Of a stretch of DNA of 64,000 nucleotides, positions 37,194 through 47,072 are shown one piece after another. The notes below the pieces were generated by a model. It was not told the DNA's origin, did no database searches, and saw nothing but the letters and a program-made list of their open reading frames with translations. The stretch lies in contig JBBSHF010000001.1 of the NCBI GenBank assembly GCA_038253355.1, positions 933 through 64,932 on the forward strand. The letters are read 5' to 3'. Numbering within the stretch: position 1 is the first letter of the stretch; every line of letters begins with the position of its first letter. The translations under genes and the position numbers were made by a program. The stretch comes from Candidatus Limnocylindria bacterium (GTDB lineage Bacteria; Chloroflexota; Limnocylindria; QHBO01).

Positions 37194-38858
37194 ATGGCAG
37201 ACACCCTGCGCATTATCCCGCTCGGCGGGGTGGGCGAGGTCGGGAAGAACATCACCGTCATCGAGGCGTCCGGGGAGATCCTGGTCGTCGATTGCGGGCT
37301 CGCCTTCCCCGAGCCGGAGATGCTCGGCATCGACCTCGTCATCCCCGACGTCACCTACCTGGAACAGAACCGCGACCGGGTGCGCGCCATCTTCATCACG
37401 CACGGCCACGAGGACCACACCGGCGCGCTGCCGTACGTCCTGCCCAAGGTCCCCGGCACGCCGATCTACGCCACCCGGCTCACCCAGGGGCTGATCACCG
37501 GCAAGCTCAAGGAGCACCACCTGCTCGAGATGACGACGCAGCACGAGGTCGAGCCAGGGGTCGAGGTCGGCATCGGCGCATTCAAGGTCATCCCCTTTCG
37601 CGTCAATCACTCGATCCCCGATGGCGTTGGCTACGCCATCCGCACGCCGCTCGGCACCGTGGTCCATACCGGCGACTTCAAGTTCGACCTGAACCCGCCC
37701 GATGGCCGACGCGCCGACCTGGGGCTGATCGCCGAGATCGGCAACGCGGGGGTCGAGTTTCTGCTCTCCGACTCGACGCGGGCCGAGAGGGAGGGCTACA
37801 CCCTCTCGGAGTCGACCGTGGGCGTCTCGCTTGATCGCCTCATCGGCGAGGCGCCGGGACGGGTGATCGTGGCCACCTTCGCCAGCAACATCGGTCGGGT
37901 GCAGCAGGTGGTCGACGCCGCGGCGGCGCACGGTCGCAAGATGGTCGCCCTGGGCCGCAGCATGGAGCAGAACACGGCGATCGCGGTGGAGCTCGGCTAC
38001 CTCGACCCGCGAGACGGCACACTGGTGCGCAAGGACCAGCTGCAACGGCTTGCCAAGGAGAAGCTGGTGGTGATGACCACCGGTTCGCAGGGTGAGCCGA
38101 TGTCCGGGCTGACGCGCATGAGCAACCGCGACCACCGTAACGTGAGCATCGAGCCGGGCGACACGGTCATCGTCTCCGCCTCGCCGATCCCCGGCAACGA
38201 GGAGGCGGTGGCCAAGACGATCGACAACCTGTTCAAGGAAGGCGCCATGGTGATGTACGAGCCGCTGCAGCACTGCCATGTCTCGGGCCACGGCTCGCGC
38301 GAGGAGCTGAAGCTCATGCTCGGCCTGGTCAAGCCGCGCCACTTCATCCCGGTGCACGGCGAGTACCGCATGCTCGTGCAGCACGCTCTGCTGGCCGAGG
38401 GCGCAGGGGTCGACGTCGACAAGATCTTCGTACTGGAGAACGGCCAGAAGGTCGAGTTCGACGGGCAGCGTGCACGCCTGGCGGGCAGCGTGCCGGCCGG
38501 CGCGGTGCTGGTCGACGGGCTGGCCACCATCGACGGTGTCGACGGGGTGATCCTGCGCGATCGGCGCATGCTGGCCAGCGACGGCGTGGTGATGGTGGCC
38601 CTGACGGTCGATACCCGCACCGGGCAGCCGATCAGCGGCCCCGACCTGCTGGGGCGTGGCTTCCTCTCGGATCCAGACGATCCGATCATGGAGGCAGCGC
38701 GCGCGCACCTGGCCGATGCGCTGCGCCAGGCGCCCAAGGATGATCACACCGCCGAGGCAGGCTACCTCAAGACCAAGATTCGCGACATCCTGTCGCGCTT
38801 CTTCTTCGACCGCACCAAGCGTCGGCCCATGATCCTGCCCATCGTCATGGAGGTGTAG
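37194..38858 (+). CDS. rnj: Ribonuclease J
   Basis: Metallo-beta-lactamase motif ITHGHEDHTGALPYVL, plus beta-CASP and C-terminal domains. 554 aa. Confidence 0.9.
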   Translation: MADTLRIIPLGGVGEVGKNITVIEASGEILVVDCGLAFPEPEMLGIDLVIPDVTYLEQNRDRVRAIFITHGHEDHTGALPYVLPKVPGTPIYATRLTQGLITGKLKEHHLLEMTTQHEVEPGVEVGIGAFKVIPFRVNHSIPDGVGYAIRTPLGTVVHTGDFKFDLNPPDGRRADLGLIAEIGNAGVEFLLSDSTRAEREGYTLSESTVGVSLDRLIGEAPGRVIVATFASNIGRVQQVVDAAAAHGRKMVALGRSMEQNTAIAVELGYLDPRDGTLVRKDQLQRLAKEKLVVMTTGSQGEPMSGLTRMSNRDHRNVSIEPGDTVIVSASPIPGNEEAVAKTIDNLFKEGAMVMYEPLQHCHVSGHGSREELKLMLGLVKPRHFIPVHGEYRMLVQHALLAEGAGVDVDKIFVLENGQKVEFDGQRARLAGSVPAGAVLVDGLATIDGVDGVILRDRRMLASDGVVMVALTVDTRTGQPISGPDLLGRGFLSDPDDPIMEAARAHLADALRQAPKDDHTAEAGYLKTKIRDILSRFFFDRTKRRPMILPIVMEV

Positions 38859-38865
38859 CGAGGAC

Positions 38866-41214
38866 GTGACCAGCCGTCGAGGCAGCGCCACGCGGCGCCG
38901 ACGATCGACGCGCCGGCGGCGTCGGGCCGCGAACACCTTCCGCCTCAGCGGCCGGCTGGTGCGCGAGGTGCTGGCGCTCGTGCTCGTGCTCCTGGCGATC
39001 ATCAGCGTGATCGCGCTGTTCGCGCCGAACGCCGGCGCGATCGTGCGACCCTGGCATGACCTGCTGCAGCAGCTGTTGGGCTGGGGGATCGCCTTCGCCG
39101 CGCCGCTGCTGGTCGGCTTCGCCCTGATGCTGTGGATGAAGGCCATGCCGGCCGAGCGCTGGATGGCTGCGAGCGGCGCCAGCCTGGTCGCGCTGTCGCT
39201 GCTGGGCATGTTCCAGCTGGGCGGCGGGGGAGGCGGCAGCATCGGTTCCGCGGTGAATGTGATCGCGGTCGGCGCGGTTGGCGCGGTCGGCGCGTGGATC
39301 GTGCTGGCACTGCTCTTCGTGGTCGGACTGCTGCTCTATTTCAACATGACGCTGGGCGATGTGATCGCGGCGTGGATGCAGCGCCGCGAGAATCGCCTGG
39401 AGCTCGAGGAAGCCGAGGCGCGGCGGAGCGCTGCTGCCGAGCGGCGGCAGCGCGGTGTGCAGCAGCCCGCCCCGGAGCTCGTCAGCGAGGCGAAGCCCGG
39501 CCTCCTGGCGCGCGTTCGCGGCGCGTTGGGCGGAGGAACGGAACAGGACGAGCCGCCGGTCATCGTGCGGCGGCAGCGGCCGGAGCCATCGGCCAACGGG
39601 TCGTCGGCGGCGAGGCCGCGGCTCGTGCTGGAGGCCGGTGCGGTTGCGCCGGCGGAGGCATCGGTCAGCATGGAAGTACTCGAGACCGATGAATCCGCGC
39701 ATCTCGCCGAGGTGGGACACAGCGCGGAGACGAACGATGCAGCGCTCGAGGCCACGCCGCGCACCTGGGATCTGCCGCGACTCGAGATGCTGGCCGACGC
39801 GCCAGAGTCCAGCGCCGCGCAGATGGACCTCACCGCCAAGGGGCAGCGCATCCGCGAGACGCTGGGAAACTTCAGGATCGGCGTGAAGGTGGCGCGCATC
39901 CAGGAGGGCCCGGTCGTCACGCAGTACGCGCTCGACGTGGAGCCTGGCGTCAAGCTCAGCCGCATCGAGGGCCTGGCGGACAACCTGGCGCTGGCGCTGG
40001 CGGCGCGCTCGATCCGCATCCAGGCGCCGATCCCCGGCGAGCCGTACGTCGGGATCGAGATTCCGAACAATGCCTTCGACCTGGTGACCCTCAAGGAGGT
40101 GCTCGCCAGCAATAACTTCACCGAGGCCGCGACCCACTCGAAGCTCGCCTTCGCGCTGGGCCAGGACGTGGCCGGTCAGCCGTTCAGCGCCGACCTGTCG
40201 AAGATGCCGCACGTGCTCATCGCGGGGGCGACGGGCTCGGGCAAGAGCGTGTGCGTCAACGGCATCATCGCCTCGCTGCTGATGAACGCCACGCCCGCCG
40301 AGGTGAAGCTGATCCTGATCGACCCCAAGCGGGTGGAGCTGGCGCAGTACAAGGGCATCCCGCACCTGCTGTGCGAAGTGATCGTCGAGCCGGACAAGGC
40401 GGTCAATGCTCTCAAATGGACGGTCGGCACCATGGAGAGCCGTTACCACGAGTTCGCGCAGCGCGGCGTGCGCAACATCGCCGGCTACAACGGGGCGCTG
40501 CGTCCGGGCGAGCCGCGGATGCCATACCTGGTGATCATCATCGACGAGCTGGCCGATCTGATGATGGTCAGCGCCTACGAGGTCGAGGCGACGGTCACGC
40601 GCATCGCGCAGCTGGCGCGAGCCACCGGGATCCACCTGGTCGTCGCGACGCAGCGACCGAGCGTGCAGGTGATCACCGGCCTGATCAAGGCCAACATCCC
40701 GTCGCGCATTGCATTCGCGATGACCAGCGGGATCGATTCGCGCACGATCCTCGACACGGTGGGCGCGGAGGACCTGCTGGGCCGCGGCGACATGCTCTAC
40801 CAGCCCATCGACGCGCCGCGCGCTGTCCGGTTGCAGGGCGTCCTGGTGACCGATGCCGAGATCGAGGAGGTCGCGCGTCATTGGCGCGCCCAGGGCGGTC
40901 CCCAGTATCGGCCGGAGATCACCGCTCCCAAGCGCGACGGCCGAGCGGGCGGTCAGCCGGGCGAGGACGACGAGGACGATGACGCCGACGCGTTGCTGAG
41001 CCAGGCGATCGACATCGTGCGGCGTTCGGACAAGGCATCGGCGTCGCTGTTGCAGCGCCGGCTGCGCGTCGGCTACGCCCGGGCGGCGCGGATGCTCGAC
41101 CAGATGGAGGACCGCGGCATCGTCGGCCCGGCCGATGGCAGCCGTTTCCGCGAGGTGATGGTCACCACTGACGGGTGGGGCGGGGACATGGAGCCCCACG
41201 GGGAGGAGCGATGA
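38866..41214 (+). CDS. ftsK: DNA translocase FtsK/SpoIIIE
   Basis: N-terminal TM helices. Motor domain GATGSGKSVCVNGIIASLL, IIIDELADLM, and a C-terminal gamma wHTH domain. Confidence 0.9.
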   Translation: MTSRRGSATRRRRSTRRRRRAANTFRLSGRLVREVLALVLVLLAIISVIALFAPNAGAIVRPWHDLLQQLLGWGIAFAAPLLVGFALMLWMKAMPAERWMAASGASLVALSLLGMFQLGGGGGGSIGSAVNVIAVGAVGAVGAWIVLALLFVVGLLLYFNMTLGDVIAAWMQRRENRLELEEAEARRSAAAERRQRGVQQPAPELVSEAKPGLLARVRGALGGGTEQDEPPVIVRRQRPEPSANGSSAARPRLVLEAGAVAPAEASVSMEVLETDESAHLAEVGHSAETNDAALEATPRTWDLPRLEMLADAPESSAAQMDLTAKGQRIRETLGNFRIGVKVARIQEGPVVTQYALDVEPGVKLSRIEGLADNLALALAARSIRIQAPIPGEPYVGIEIPNNAFDLVTLKEVLASNNFTEAATHSKLAFALGQDVAGQPFSADLSKMPHVLIAGATGSGKSVCVNGIIASLLMNATPAEVKLILIDPKRVELAQYKGIPHLLCEVIVEPDKAVNALKWTVGTMESRYHEFAQRGVRNIAGYNGALRPGEPRMPYLVIIIDELADLMMVSAYEVEATVTRIAQLARATGIHLVVATQRPSVQVITGLIKANIPSRIAFAMTSGIDSRTILDTVGAEDLLGRGDMLYQPIDAPRAVRLQGVLVTDAEIEEVARHWRAQGGPQYRPEITAPKRDGRAGGQPGEDDEDDDADALLSQAIDIVRRSDKASASLLQRRLRVGYARAARMLDQMEDRGIVGPADGSRFREVMVTTDGWGGDMEPHGEER

Positions 41215-42503
41215 CCGCAGGGCTGCATAAGCTCGGCGACGTGCTGCGCAGCGCTCGCGAGGCAAAGGGCGTCGAGCTCGGGCGGGTCGAGCGCGATACC
41301 AAGATTCGGGCGCGCTACCTCGCGGCCCTCGAGAGCGGGGAGTACCGCGAGCTGCCGGGCGCGGTCTACACGAAGGGATTCCTGCGCAACTACGGCCTCT
41401 ACCTGGGCCTGGATCCAGAGTACCTGATCGACCTGTATCGCCTGGAGAGCGGCGCAACGCGGAGCGAACGAAGGTCCCTGCCAGCGCCGCCGCGGCCGCT
41501 CGCCGCTCGCCGCTCGCGCGCCTTCGTGGTGACGCCCGGAGCCGTGGTCGCGGCGCTGCTGACAGTGCTCGTGGCGGCCCTGGTCTACTACTTCGTGCGT
41601 GAGTTCGTGACCTTCGCCGGAACGCCCGACCTGCGTATCAGTGAGCCTGCCGGGGACGTGGCCGCCTACCACGATCGCGAATACACCATCCGCGGCGTGA
41701 CTGCGCCGAACTCGCGGGTGGTGGTTACCAATGCGGACCGGCAGAGTCCGCAGGGCCTTGCCGACGGTCAGGGCAACTTCGCCATCACGGTCAAGCTGTT
41801 TCCTGGATCCAACCTGATCACGATCGTTGCCAGCGATCCGGTGACGAAGCGCGACAGCGAATCCATCAGCCGCACGATCAACGTCGTCAATGCCGTTCCG
41901 AGCGCGAGCCCCGGGCCGCAGCTCGCGGTCGATCGGCCCGCGGACAGGGCGCGCGTCTCGGGGCCGCTGAAGGTCAGCGGGCGCGGCGCCGCCGGCTCGA
42001 AACTGGCCCTGACTGCCAAGCTGGTGTCCGCCGCGAAGCCGACCTTCATCGTGACCGACGCCAATGGCCGGCCAGTCAAGCTACCCGCCGCCGCGCAAGC
42101 CTCCCCCAGGCAGGGCACAGTCCAGGTGGCAGCCGACGGCACGTTCTCGGCGACGATGAGCCTGGCGCCCGGCACGTGGGACGTGAGCATCGCTGCACAA
42201 GGGGGCGCGCGCGCGCCGGTCGTGCGTCGCGTCACGGTAGCGAGCGCCGCCGGATTGGCCGGCGTGCTGGCCATCGGCGGGGGACCGTCGTACCTCGAGA
42301 TCTATCAGGATGGCAAGCCCAAGGCCGGCGTGTCGGGCGGGATCAGCCAGCCCGGGCAGCGAATCAGTCTCGCGGCGAAGAGCGCGCTGCGCATTCGCGC
42401 CGGGAATGCCGGGGCGGTCGACCTGACCATCAACGGCCTGCACATCGGTCCAATGGGAGCGTCGGGCGCGGTCGTCGAATGGCGCGTCACCCTGAATCCG
42501 TAG
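41211..42503 (+). CDS. RodZ-like HTH (XRE) membrane protein with a C-terminal DUF4115-like domain
   Basis: N-terminal XRE HTH (LGDVLRSAREAKGVELGRVERDTKIRARYLAALESGEY), one TM segment, Ig-like middle region, and a RodZ C-terminal-like domain. ATGA overlap with ftsK. Confidence 0.7.
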   Translation: MTAGLHKLGDVLRSAREAKGVELGRVERDTKIRARYLAALESGEYRELPGAVYTKGFLRNYGLYLGLDPEYLIDLYRLESGATRSERRSLPAPPRPLAARRSRAFVVTPGAVVAALLTVLVAALVYYFVREFVTFAGTPDLRISEPAGDVAAYHDREYTIRGVTAPNSRVVVTNADRQSPQGLADGQGNFAITVKLFPGSNLITIVASDPVTKRDSESISRTINVVNAVPSASPGPQLAVDRPADRARVSGPLKVSGRGAAGSKLALTAKLVSAAKPTFIVTDANGRPVKLPAAAQASPRQGTVQVAADGTFSATMSLAPGTWDVSIAAQGGARAPVVRRVTVASAAGLAGVLAIGGGPSYLEIYQDGKPKAGVSGGISQPGQRISLAAKSALRIRAGNAGAVDLTINGLHIGPMGASGAVVEWRVTLNP

Positions 42504-42522
42504 CGGAGCAAGATAGGGAGTC

Positions 42523-43011
42523 ATGGCAGAGTCTTCGTTCGACGTCGTCAGCGAGTTCGATCAGCAGGAGCTGGTCAACGCGCTCGACCAGGTGCGCCGC
42601 GAGCTCGCGACGCGCTACGACCTCAAGAGCAGCAAGTCGTCACTGGAGCTGGGCAAGGAAGAGGTCACGCTGCAGACCGACGATGAGTACCACGCCACTG
42701 CGATCAAGGATCTCGTGCAGACGAAGGCAGTGCGCCGTGGCCTCTCGCTGAAGATCTTCGACTGGGGCAAGATCGAGCCGGCGGCAGGCGGCACGGTGCG
42801 CCAGCACATCGGCCTCAAGCGAGGGCTGACCAGCGAGCAGGCCAAGGAGCTGTCGAAGAGGATCCGCGACCAGTTTCCCAAGGCCAAGCCCTCGGTGCAG
42901 GGTGATTCGGTGCGGGTCAGCGCCAAAAGCAAGGACGAGCTGCAGTACGTGATCGCCTTCCTGCGCGAGCTCGACTACGCGGTCGAGCTGCAGTTCCAGA
43001 ACTACCGCTAG
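42523..43011 (+). CDS. yajQ: YajQ/UPF0234 family nucleotide-binding protein
   Basis: SFDVVSEFDQQELVNALDQVRRELATRYDLK signature. 162 aa. Confidence 0.85.
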   Translation: MAESSFDVVSEFDQQELVNALDQVRRELATRYDLKSSKSSLELGKEEVTLQTDDEYHATAIKDLVQTKAVRRGLSLKIFDWGKIEPAAGGTVRQHIGLKRGLTSEQAKELSKRIRDQFPKAKPSVQGDSVRVSAKSKDELQYVIAFLRELDYAVELQFQNYR

Positions 43012-43022
43012 GCTCCAGACCG

Positions 43023-43538
43023 ATGTTCGTGACCGTTCCCCCCAGCGACGAGGCCCTCGAAGCCGCCGCCGGGCGTTTGGGGCTGGCGCTGCGCGAGCGC
43101 GGCTGGCGGCTGGCCACGGCCGAGTCGTGCACCGGTGGTCTGGTTGGGCACGCCATCACGGCGATCCCGGGCTCGAGCGACTACTACGTGGGCGGCGCAA
43201 TCTGCTACTGGGACCGTGCCAAGGAGGTCGAGCTCGGCGTGCCGCACCACCTCATCGCCGAGCATGGCGCCGTCTCGCCACAGGTCGCGGCGGCGATGGC
43301 CGACGGCGCGCGCAAACGGTTCGACGTGCACGTCGGGCTATCGGTCACCGGGATCGCCGGTCCTGAGGGCGGCAGCACGGACAAGCCCGTCGGGCTGGTC
43401 TACCTGGGCGTGGTCTGCCGCGGGCACCCGCCCACGGTCGAGCGCAATATCTGGCCATTCGATCGCGACGGCAACAAGCGCGCCTCCGCGCTGCGCGTCA
43501 TCGAGCTCGCGGCCGGGCTGGTCGAGGCTGGCGGGTGA
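43023..43538 (+). CDS. CinA C-terminal domain protein (NMN deamidase PncC-like)
   Basis: LATAESCTGGLVGHAITAIPGSS...VGLSVTGIAGPEGG. Confidence 0.8.
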   Translation: MFVTVPPSDEALEAAAGRLGLALRERGWRLATAESCTGGLVGHAITAIPGSSDYYVGGAICYWDRAKEVELGVPHHLIAEHGAVSPQVAAAMADGARKRFDVHVGLSVTGIAGPEGGSTDKPVGLVYLGVVCRGHPPTVERNIWPFDRDGNKRASALRVIELAAGLVEAGG

Positions 43539-43609
43539 TCGCTCGCCAACCGTACCGTGCCCCGCCGCGCACGGAGCTTGGCCCGCTGTGCGGGGCGGGA
43601 AACTAGGGA

Positions 43610-45031
43610 ATGGTTCGTCCCGGGGAGCGGATCCACGTCATCGGGATCGCCGGCTCGGGCGCGGCGGGCACCGCGCTGCTCTGCTCGCTGGCCGGCGCGA
43701 TGGTCGACGGTTGCGACCTCGACGCCCCGTCGCCGTACACGCCGCCGCTCGACGCAGCCGGCGTGCGATGGGTCGCGGGGCACGACCCGGTACACCTGGC
43801 CGGCGTCGAGCGGGTGGCCGTCACACCGGCGCTGCGAGCCCATCCCGACCTGCCCGAGCTCGTCGCCGCGCGGGCGGGGGGATTGCCGGTGGTGCCCTGG
43901 CAGGCGCTCCTCGGTGAGCTGATGGGGGAGCGCGGCCATCTCGGCCTGGCCGTCACCGGCACGCACGGCAAGTCGACCACCACCGCGCTGCTCGGCCACC
44001 TGCTGATCGGCGCCGGATTGGACCCGACCGTCGAGGTCGGCGCGTACATCGCCGACTGGCGCGCCACGGTGCGGCCCGGCGGAGGAGCGCCCTTCGTGGT
44101 CGAGGCGGACGAGTTCGGCGACAACTTCCTGCACTACCACCCGGCGGCGGTGATCCTGACCAACGTCGAGATGGATCATCCGGACTTTTTTGCCGATCGG
44201 GCCGCGGTGCTCGATAGCTTCGAGCGCTTCGTGCGCGGCATGACGCCGGACGATCGCGTGGGCGGACGATTGTTGCTGGCTGCCGCCGGCGATCCCGGCG
44301 CGGAGGCCCTCCTCGCGCGGCTGGGAGATTGGGCAGGTCGCGTGGAGCGCTACGGGCCCGGCGGCTCGGTGGTGGCCACCGGTGTCGAGTACTCGCTCGC
44401 TGGTACGGCCTTCAGCCTGTTCGGGCACCAGTTCGAGATGGGCCTGGCGGGGCCGCACAACGTGCTCAACGCCACCGCGGCGCTGTCCCTGGCACGCACG
44501 CTCGGAGCGTCGCTGCAGTCCCTGGCCGAAGCGCTGCGCACCTTCCGCGGAGCCGGGCGCCGCATGGAGCTGATCGCCGATACTGCGGGCGTGACGATCT
44601 ACGACGACTACGGCCATCATCCGACCGAGGTGCGCGCGGCCCTGGCGGCTGCCCGCCAGATGGTCGGCGCCCGTCGCCTGTGGGCCGTCTTCGAGCCGCA
44701 CATGTACTCGCGCACGGCACTCTTCATCGACGAGTTCGCCCAGGCCTTCACCGATGCCGATGAGGTTGTCATCGCCGACATCTTTGCCTCGCGCGATACC
44801 GATACCTCCCTGACCTCGGCGGAGGCAGTCGCTGATGCCATCGAGCGCACCTCCGGGGTGCCGGCCATGGCCGGCGGCGACGTGGAGGCCACCGCCCGCT
44901 ACGTCGCCGATCACTTGCGCGCCGGTGACGCGGTGCTGGTCATGGGAGCGGGCAAGAGCTACCGCATCGCGCGCAGCCTCGCCGATGCGCTGGCCAGCGG
45001 TATCCTCGATCGGCCGCGGGCGCTGTCGTGA
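43610..45031 (+). CDS. Mur ligase family protein (MurC/Mpl-like UDP-N-acetylmuramate-L-alanine ligase type)
   Basis: N-terminal Rossmann-like HVIGIAGSGAAG, Mur ligase P-loop GTHGKSTTTALLGHLL, and central and C-terminal Mur domains. Confidence 0.7.
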   Translation: MVRPGERIHVIGIAGSGAAGTALLCSLAGAMVDGCDLDAPSPYTPPLDAAGVRWVAGHDPVHLAGVERVAVTPALRAHPDLPELVAARAGGLPVVPWQALLGELMGERGHLGLAVTGTHGKSTTTALLGHLLIGAGLDPTVEVGAYIADWRATVRPGGGAPFVVEADEFGDNFLHYHPAAVILTNVEMDHPDFFADRAAVLDSFERFVRGMTPDDRVGGRLLLAAAGDPGAEALLARLGDWAGRVERYGPGGSVVATGVEYSLAGTAFSLFGHQFEMGLAGPHNVLNATAALSLARTLGASLQSLAEALRTFRGAGRRMELIADTAGVTIYDDYGHHPTEVRAALAAARQMVGARRLWAVFEPHMYSRTALFIDEFAQAFTDADEVVIADIFASRDTDTSLTSAEAVADAIERTSGVPAMAGGDVEATARYVADHLRAGDAVLVMGAGKSYRIARSLADALASGILDRPRALS

Positions 45032-45405
45032 GCGGCGCCCGCGCGGTCGTCCTTGGCGCCTTCCTGGCGCTCGCCGTGGCGATCGCCGAACAGGGACTGG
45101 TGCGGCTCGTGGCGGCATCGGGCGCCAAGGATCGGCCGGCCTTGATCCTTGTCCTGCTGCTGGCGGCCTTCCTGGGGGTGCTGACCGCGGTCGTGACCCG
45201 CATGCTGCGCCTGCCGGGCGCCACCGCGCCAACCGCGCTGGTCCTGGGCTGGACGCTGGTGCCCGCCGTGCTGGGATTGATCCCCAGCGCCGCGACCGCG
45301 CTGTTTGCCGGCGATGCCGGGCTCACCTCGTCGGAGGCGCTGTCGCTGGCGGTCGCCACCATCGCCGCCGCAGTGACGCTTGGGCTCCCAGCCGACCGAG
45401 GCTGA
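45028..45405 (+). CDS. Small hydrophobic membrane protein, translationally coupled to the Mur ligase gene (GTGA overlap)
   Basis: Three or four predicted TM helices; GC3-rich codon usage. Confidence 0.45.
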   Translation: MSGARAVVLGAFLALAVAIAEQGLVRLVAASGAKDRPALILVLLLAAFLGVLTAVVTRMLRLPGATAPTALVLGWTLVPAVLGLIPSAATALFAGDAGLTSSEALSLAVATIAAAVTLGLPADRG

Positions 45406-45494
45406 TGGACGACGAGCTGCGCTTCGGGGGTCTCGGATGGGACGCATCGGTCCGAGCGCGAGGGACCATCCTACCGCGGAGCGTCCCTAACTAG

Positions 45495-45522
45495 TTGCAT
45501 AAGCAACCAATGGTGCTATGAT
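45495..45522 (+). promoter_or_regulatory. Pirin promoter: -35 TTGCAT, 16-nt spacer, extended -10 TGcTATGAT. The -10 ends 6 nt before the ATG, so the mRNA is leaderless. Palindrome GTTGCATAAGCAAC overlaps the -35
   Basis: Read directly. Confidence 0.45.
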
Positions 45523-45528
45523 GGGCGC

Positions 45529-46536
45529 ATGCCAGCCATCACCGTCGACGACATCACCATCCTGCCGTGCATCGCGGCACCTGATCAAATCACCCGCCTC
45601 GAGCGCGCCGTGTTGAGCGTGACGACCGCACCGCGCGGCGTCGAAGGCGAGGGCTTCCCGGTGCGGCGCGCCTTCGCCGGGGTCGACCTCGGCGTCCTCG
45701 ACCCATTCATTCACCTCGATCAGATGGGAGAGGTCGAATACGTGCCCGGCGAGCCGAAAGGCACGCCATGGCACCCGCATCGGGGATTCGAGACAGTCAC
45801 CTATATGATGGACGGCACTTTCGAGCACAGCGATTCGAACGGCGGTGGGGGAGTCATCACCAACGGCGATACGCAGTGGATGACGGCCGGCGCCGGCATT
45901 CTGCACATCGAGAAGCCACCCGAGTCGCTGGTGATCAGCGGCGGACTCTTCCACGGCATCCAGCTATGGGTGAATCTGCCGGCCGCCCAGAAATGGTTGC
46001 CGCCGCGCTACCAGGACATCCGCGCCGGTCAGGTCGCGCTGCTCGCATCGGCCGACGGGGGAGCGCTGGTACGCGTCATCGCCGGCGAGATCGCCGCCCA
46101 CGAGGGTCCAGGCTCGACCTACACGCCGATGACGCTGGTGCACGCGACGCTGAGTCCTGAGGCCGAGCTCACGTTGCCGTGGCGCGCCGACTACAACGCA
46201 CTCGTCTACGTGCTGGCCGGAAACGGCAGTGTCGGCGTCGACCGCACGCCAGTGCAGAGCGGCCAGCTCGCCGTCTTTGGCGTCGGCAACGCCATGCGTG
46301 TAGCCGCATCGCACTCGCAGGAGAGCCGGAGCCCGAACCTTGACGTGCTGCTCCTGGGTGGACGACCGATTCGCGAGCCGGTCGCCTGGGCGGGCCCGTT
46401 CGTGATGAACACCCGTGATGAGGTGATGCAGGCCTTCACCGACTACCAGGCCGGCCGCCTTGGCTCCATTCCGGCGGTCCACGGCGCATCGACCTCGCTG
46501 CGGGAGTCGCAGCCGGGCGCCAACGAGCACGCATGA
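45529..46536 (+). CDS. Pirin-family cupin protein (quercetin 2,3-dioxygenase-like)
   Basis: FPVRRAFAG...PWHPHRGFETVTYMMDG...HSD...GD(T)QWMTAGAGILHIE cupin metal-binding motifs. Confidence 0.85.
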   Translation: MPAITVDDITILPCIAAPDQITRLERAVLSVTTAPRGVEGEGFPVRRAFAGVDLGVLDPFIHLDQMGEVEYVPGEPKGTPWHPHRGFETVTYMMDGTFEHSDSNGGGGVITNGDTQWMTAGAGILHIEKPPESLVISGGLFHGIQLWVNLPAAQKWLPPRYQDIRAGQVALLASADGGALVRVIAGEIAAHEGPGSTYTPMTLVHATLSPEAELTLPWRADYNALVYVLAGNGSVGVDRTPVQSGQLAVFGVGNAMRVAASHSQESRSPNLDVLLLGGRPIREPVAWAGPFVMNTRDEVMQAFTDYQAGRLGSIPAVHGASTSLRESQPGANEHA

Positions 46537-47072
46537 CCGAGCTCAACCTGCGGCGGAGGCGGAGGCGGGGGCGGCGGACACGTCGAAATGACCGACCTGG
46601 GCCACGGGTCATCGTCGAGATTGAGGGCCTCATCGTCGGCTATAGCGACCCCACCGAGAGGTGACCGAGGATCGGCCGATTCTCCTCTGCCTCCTGGAGG
46701 GCACCGGCGCAGATTGATCGTGTCCGGATCAAGCTTCGCGGCCTTATGGCTACTGAAGTCAACTCTTCATGGAATCCCGACGGCCTAGTTCCTCATGTTC
46801 CTTGACATGTAAACGCTTTCGGTCCACGATGAAACCGACGGCAACGGTCGCATAGAAGGTTGCTATTCCGCACGAGGTCTGTCGGCTGCGCGCCTCGACG
46901 AGGATTTCGTCCGACCCGACGGTGGACAACTCAACCGATGGTCGGGGCGGATGTGGATGTCTAGCCTCCCTTCTCAGCGGGCGGCAAAGCTCCTCTCGGG
47001 AGAGGAGGCGGTGCGATACGATACGAGATGACACTCCTGAGCGCGCTCCATATGAAGCAGGGAGAGACTCTC

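Noticed and set aside
38845-41457. 870-codon minus-strand ORF antisense to ftsK
   Set aside because: Shadow ORF with an Arg-rich, low-complexity translation.
46556-46590. G-rich (GGCGGA)n-like tract after pirin as a G-quadruplex
   Set aside because: Only GG runs (one GGGGG); weak G4 potential and no supporting context.
46759-47034. 91-codon minus-strand ORF in the low-GC region upstream of the crystallin-like gene
   Set aside because: No RBS and a non-coding-like composition. It overlaps the likely promoter/leader of the plus-strand gene.
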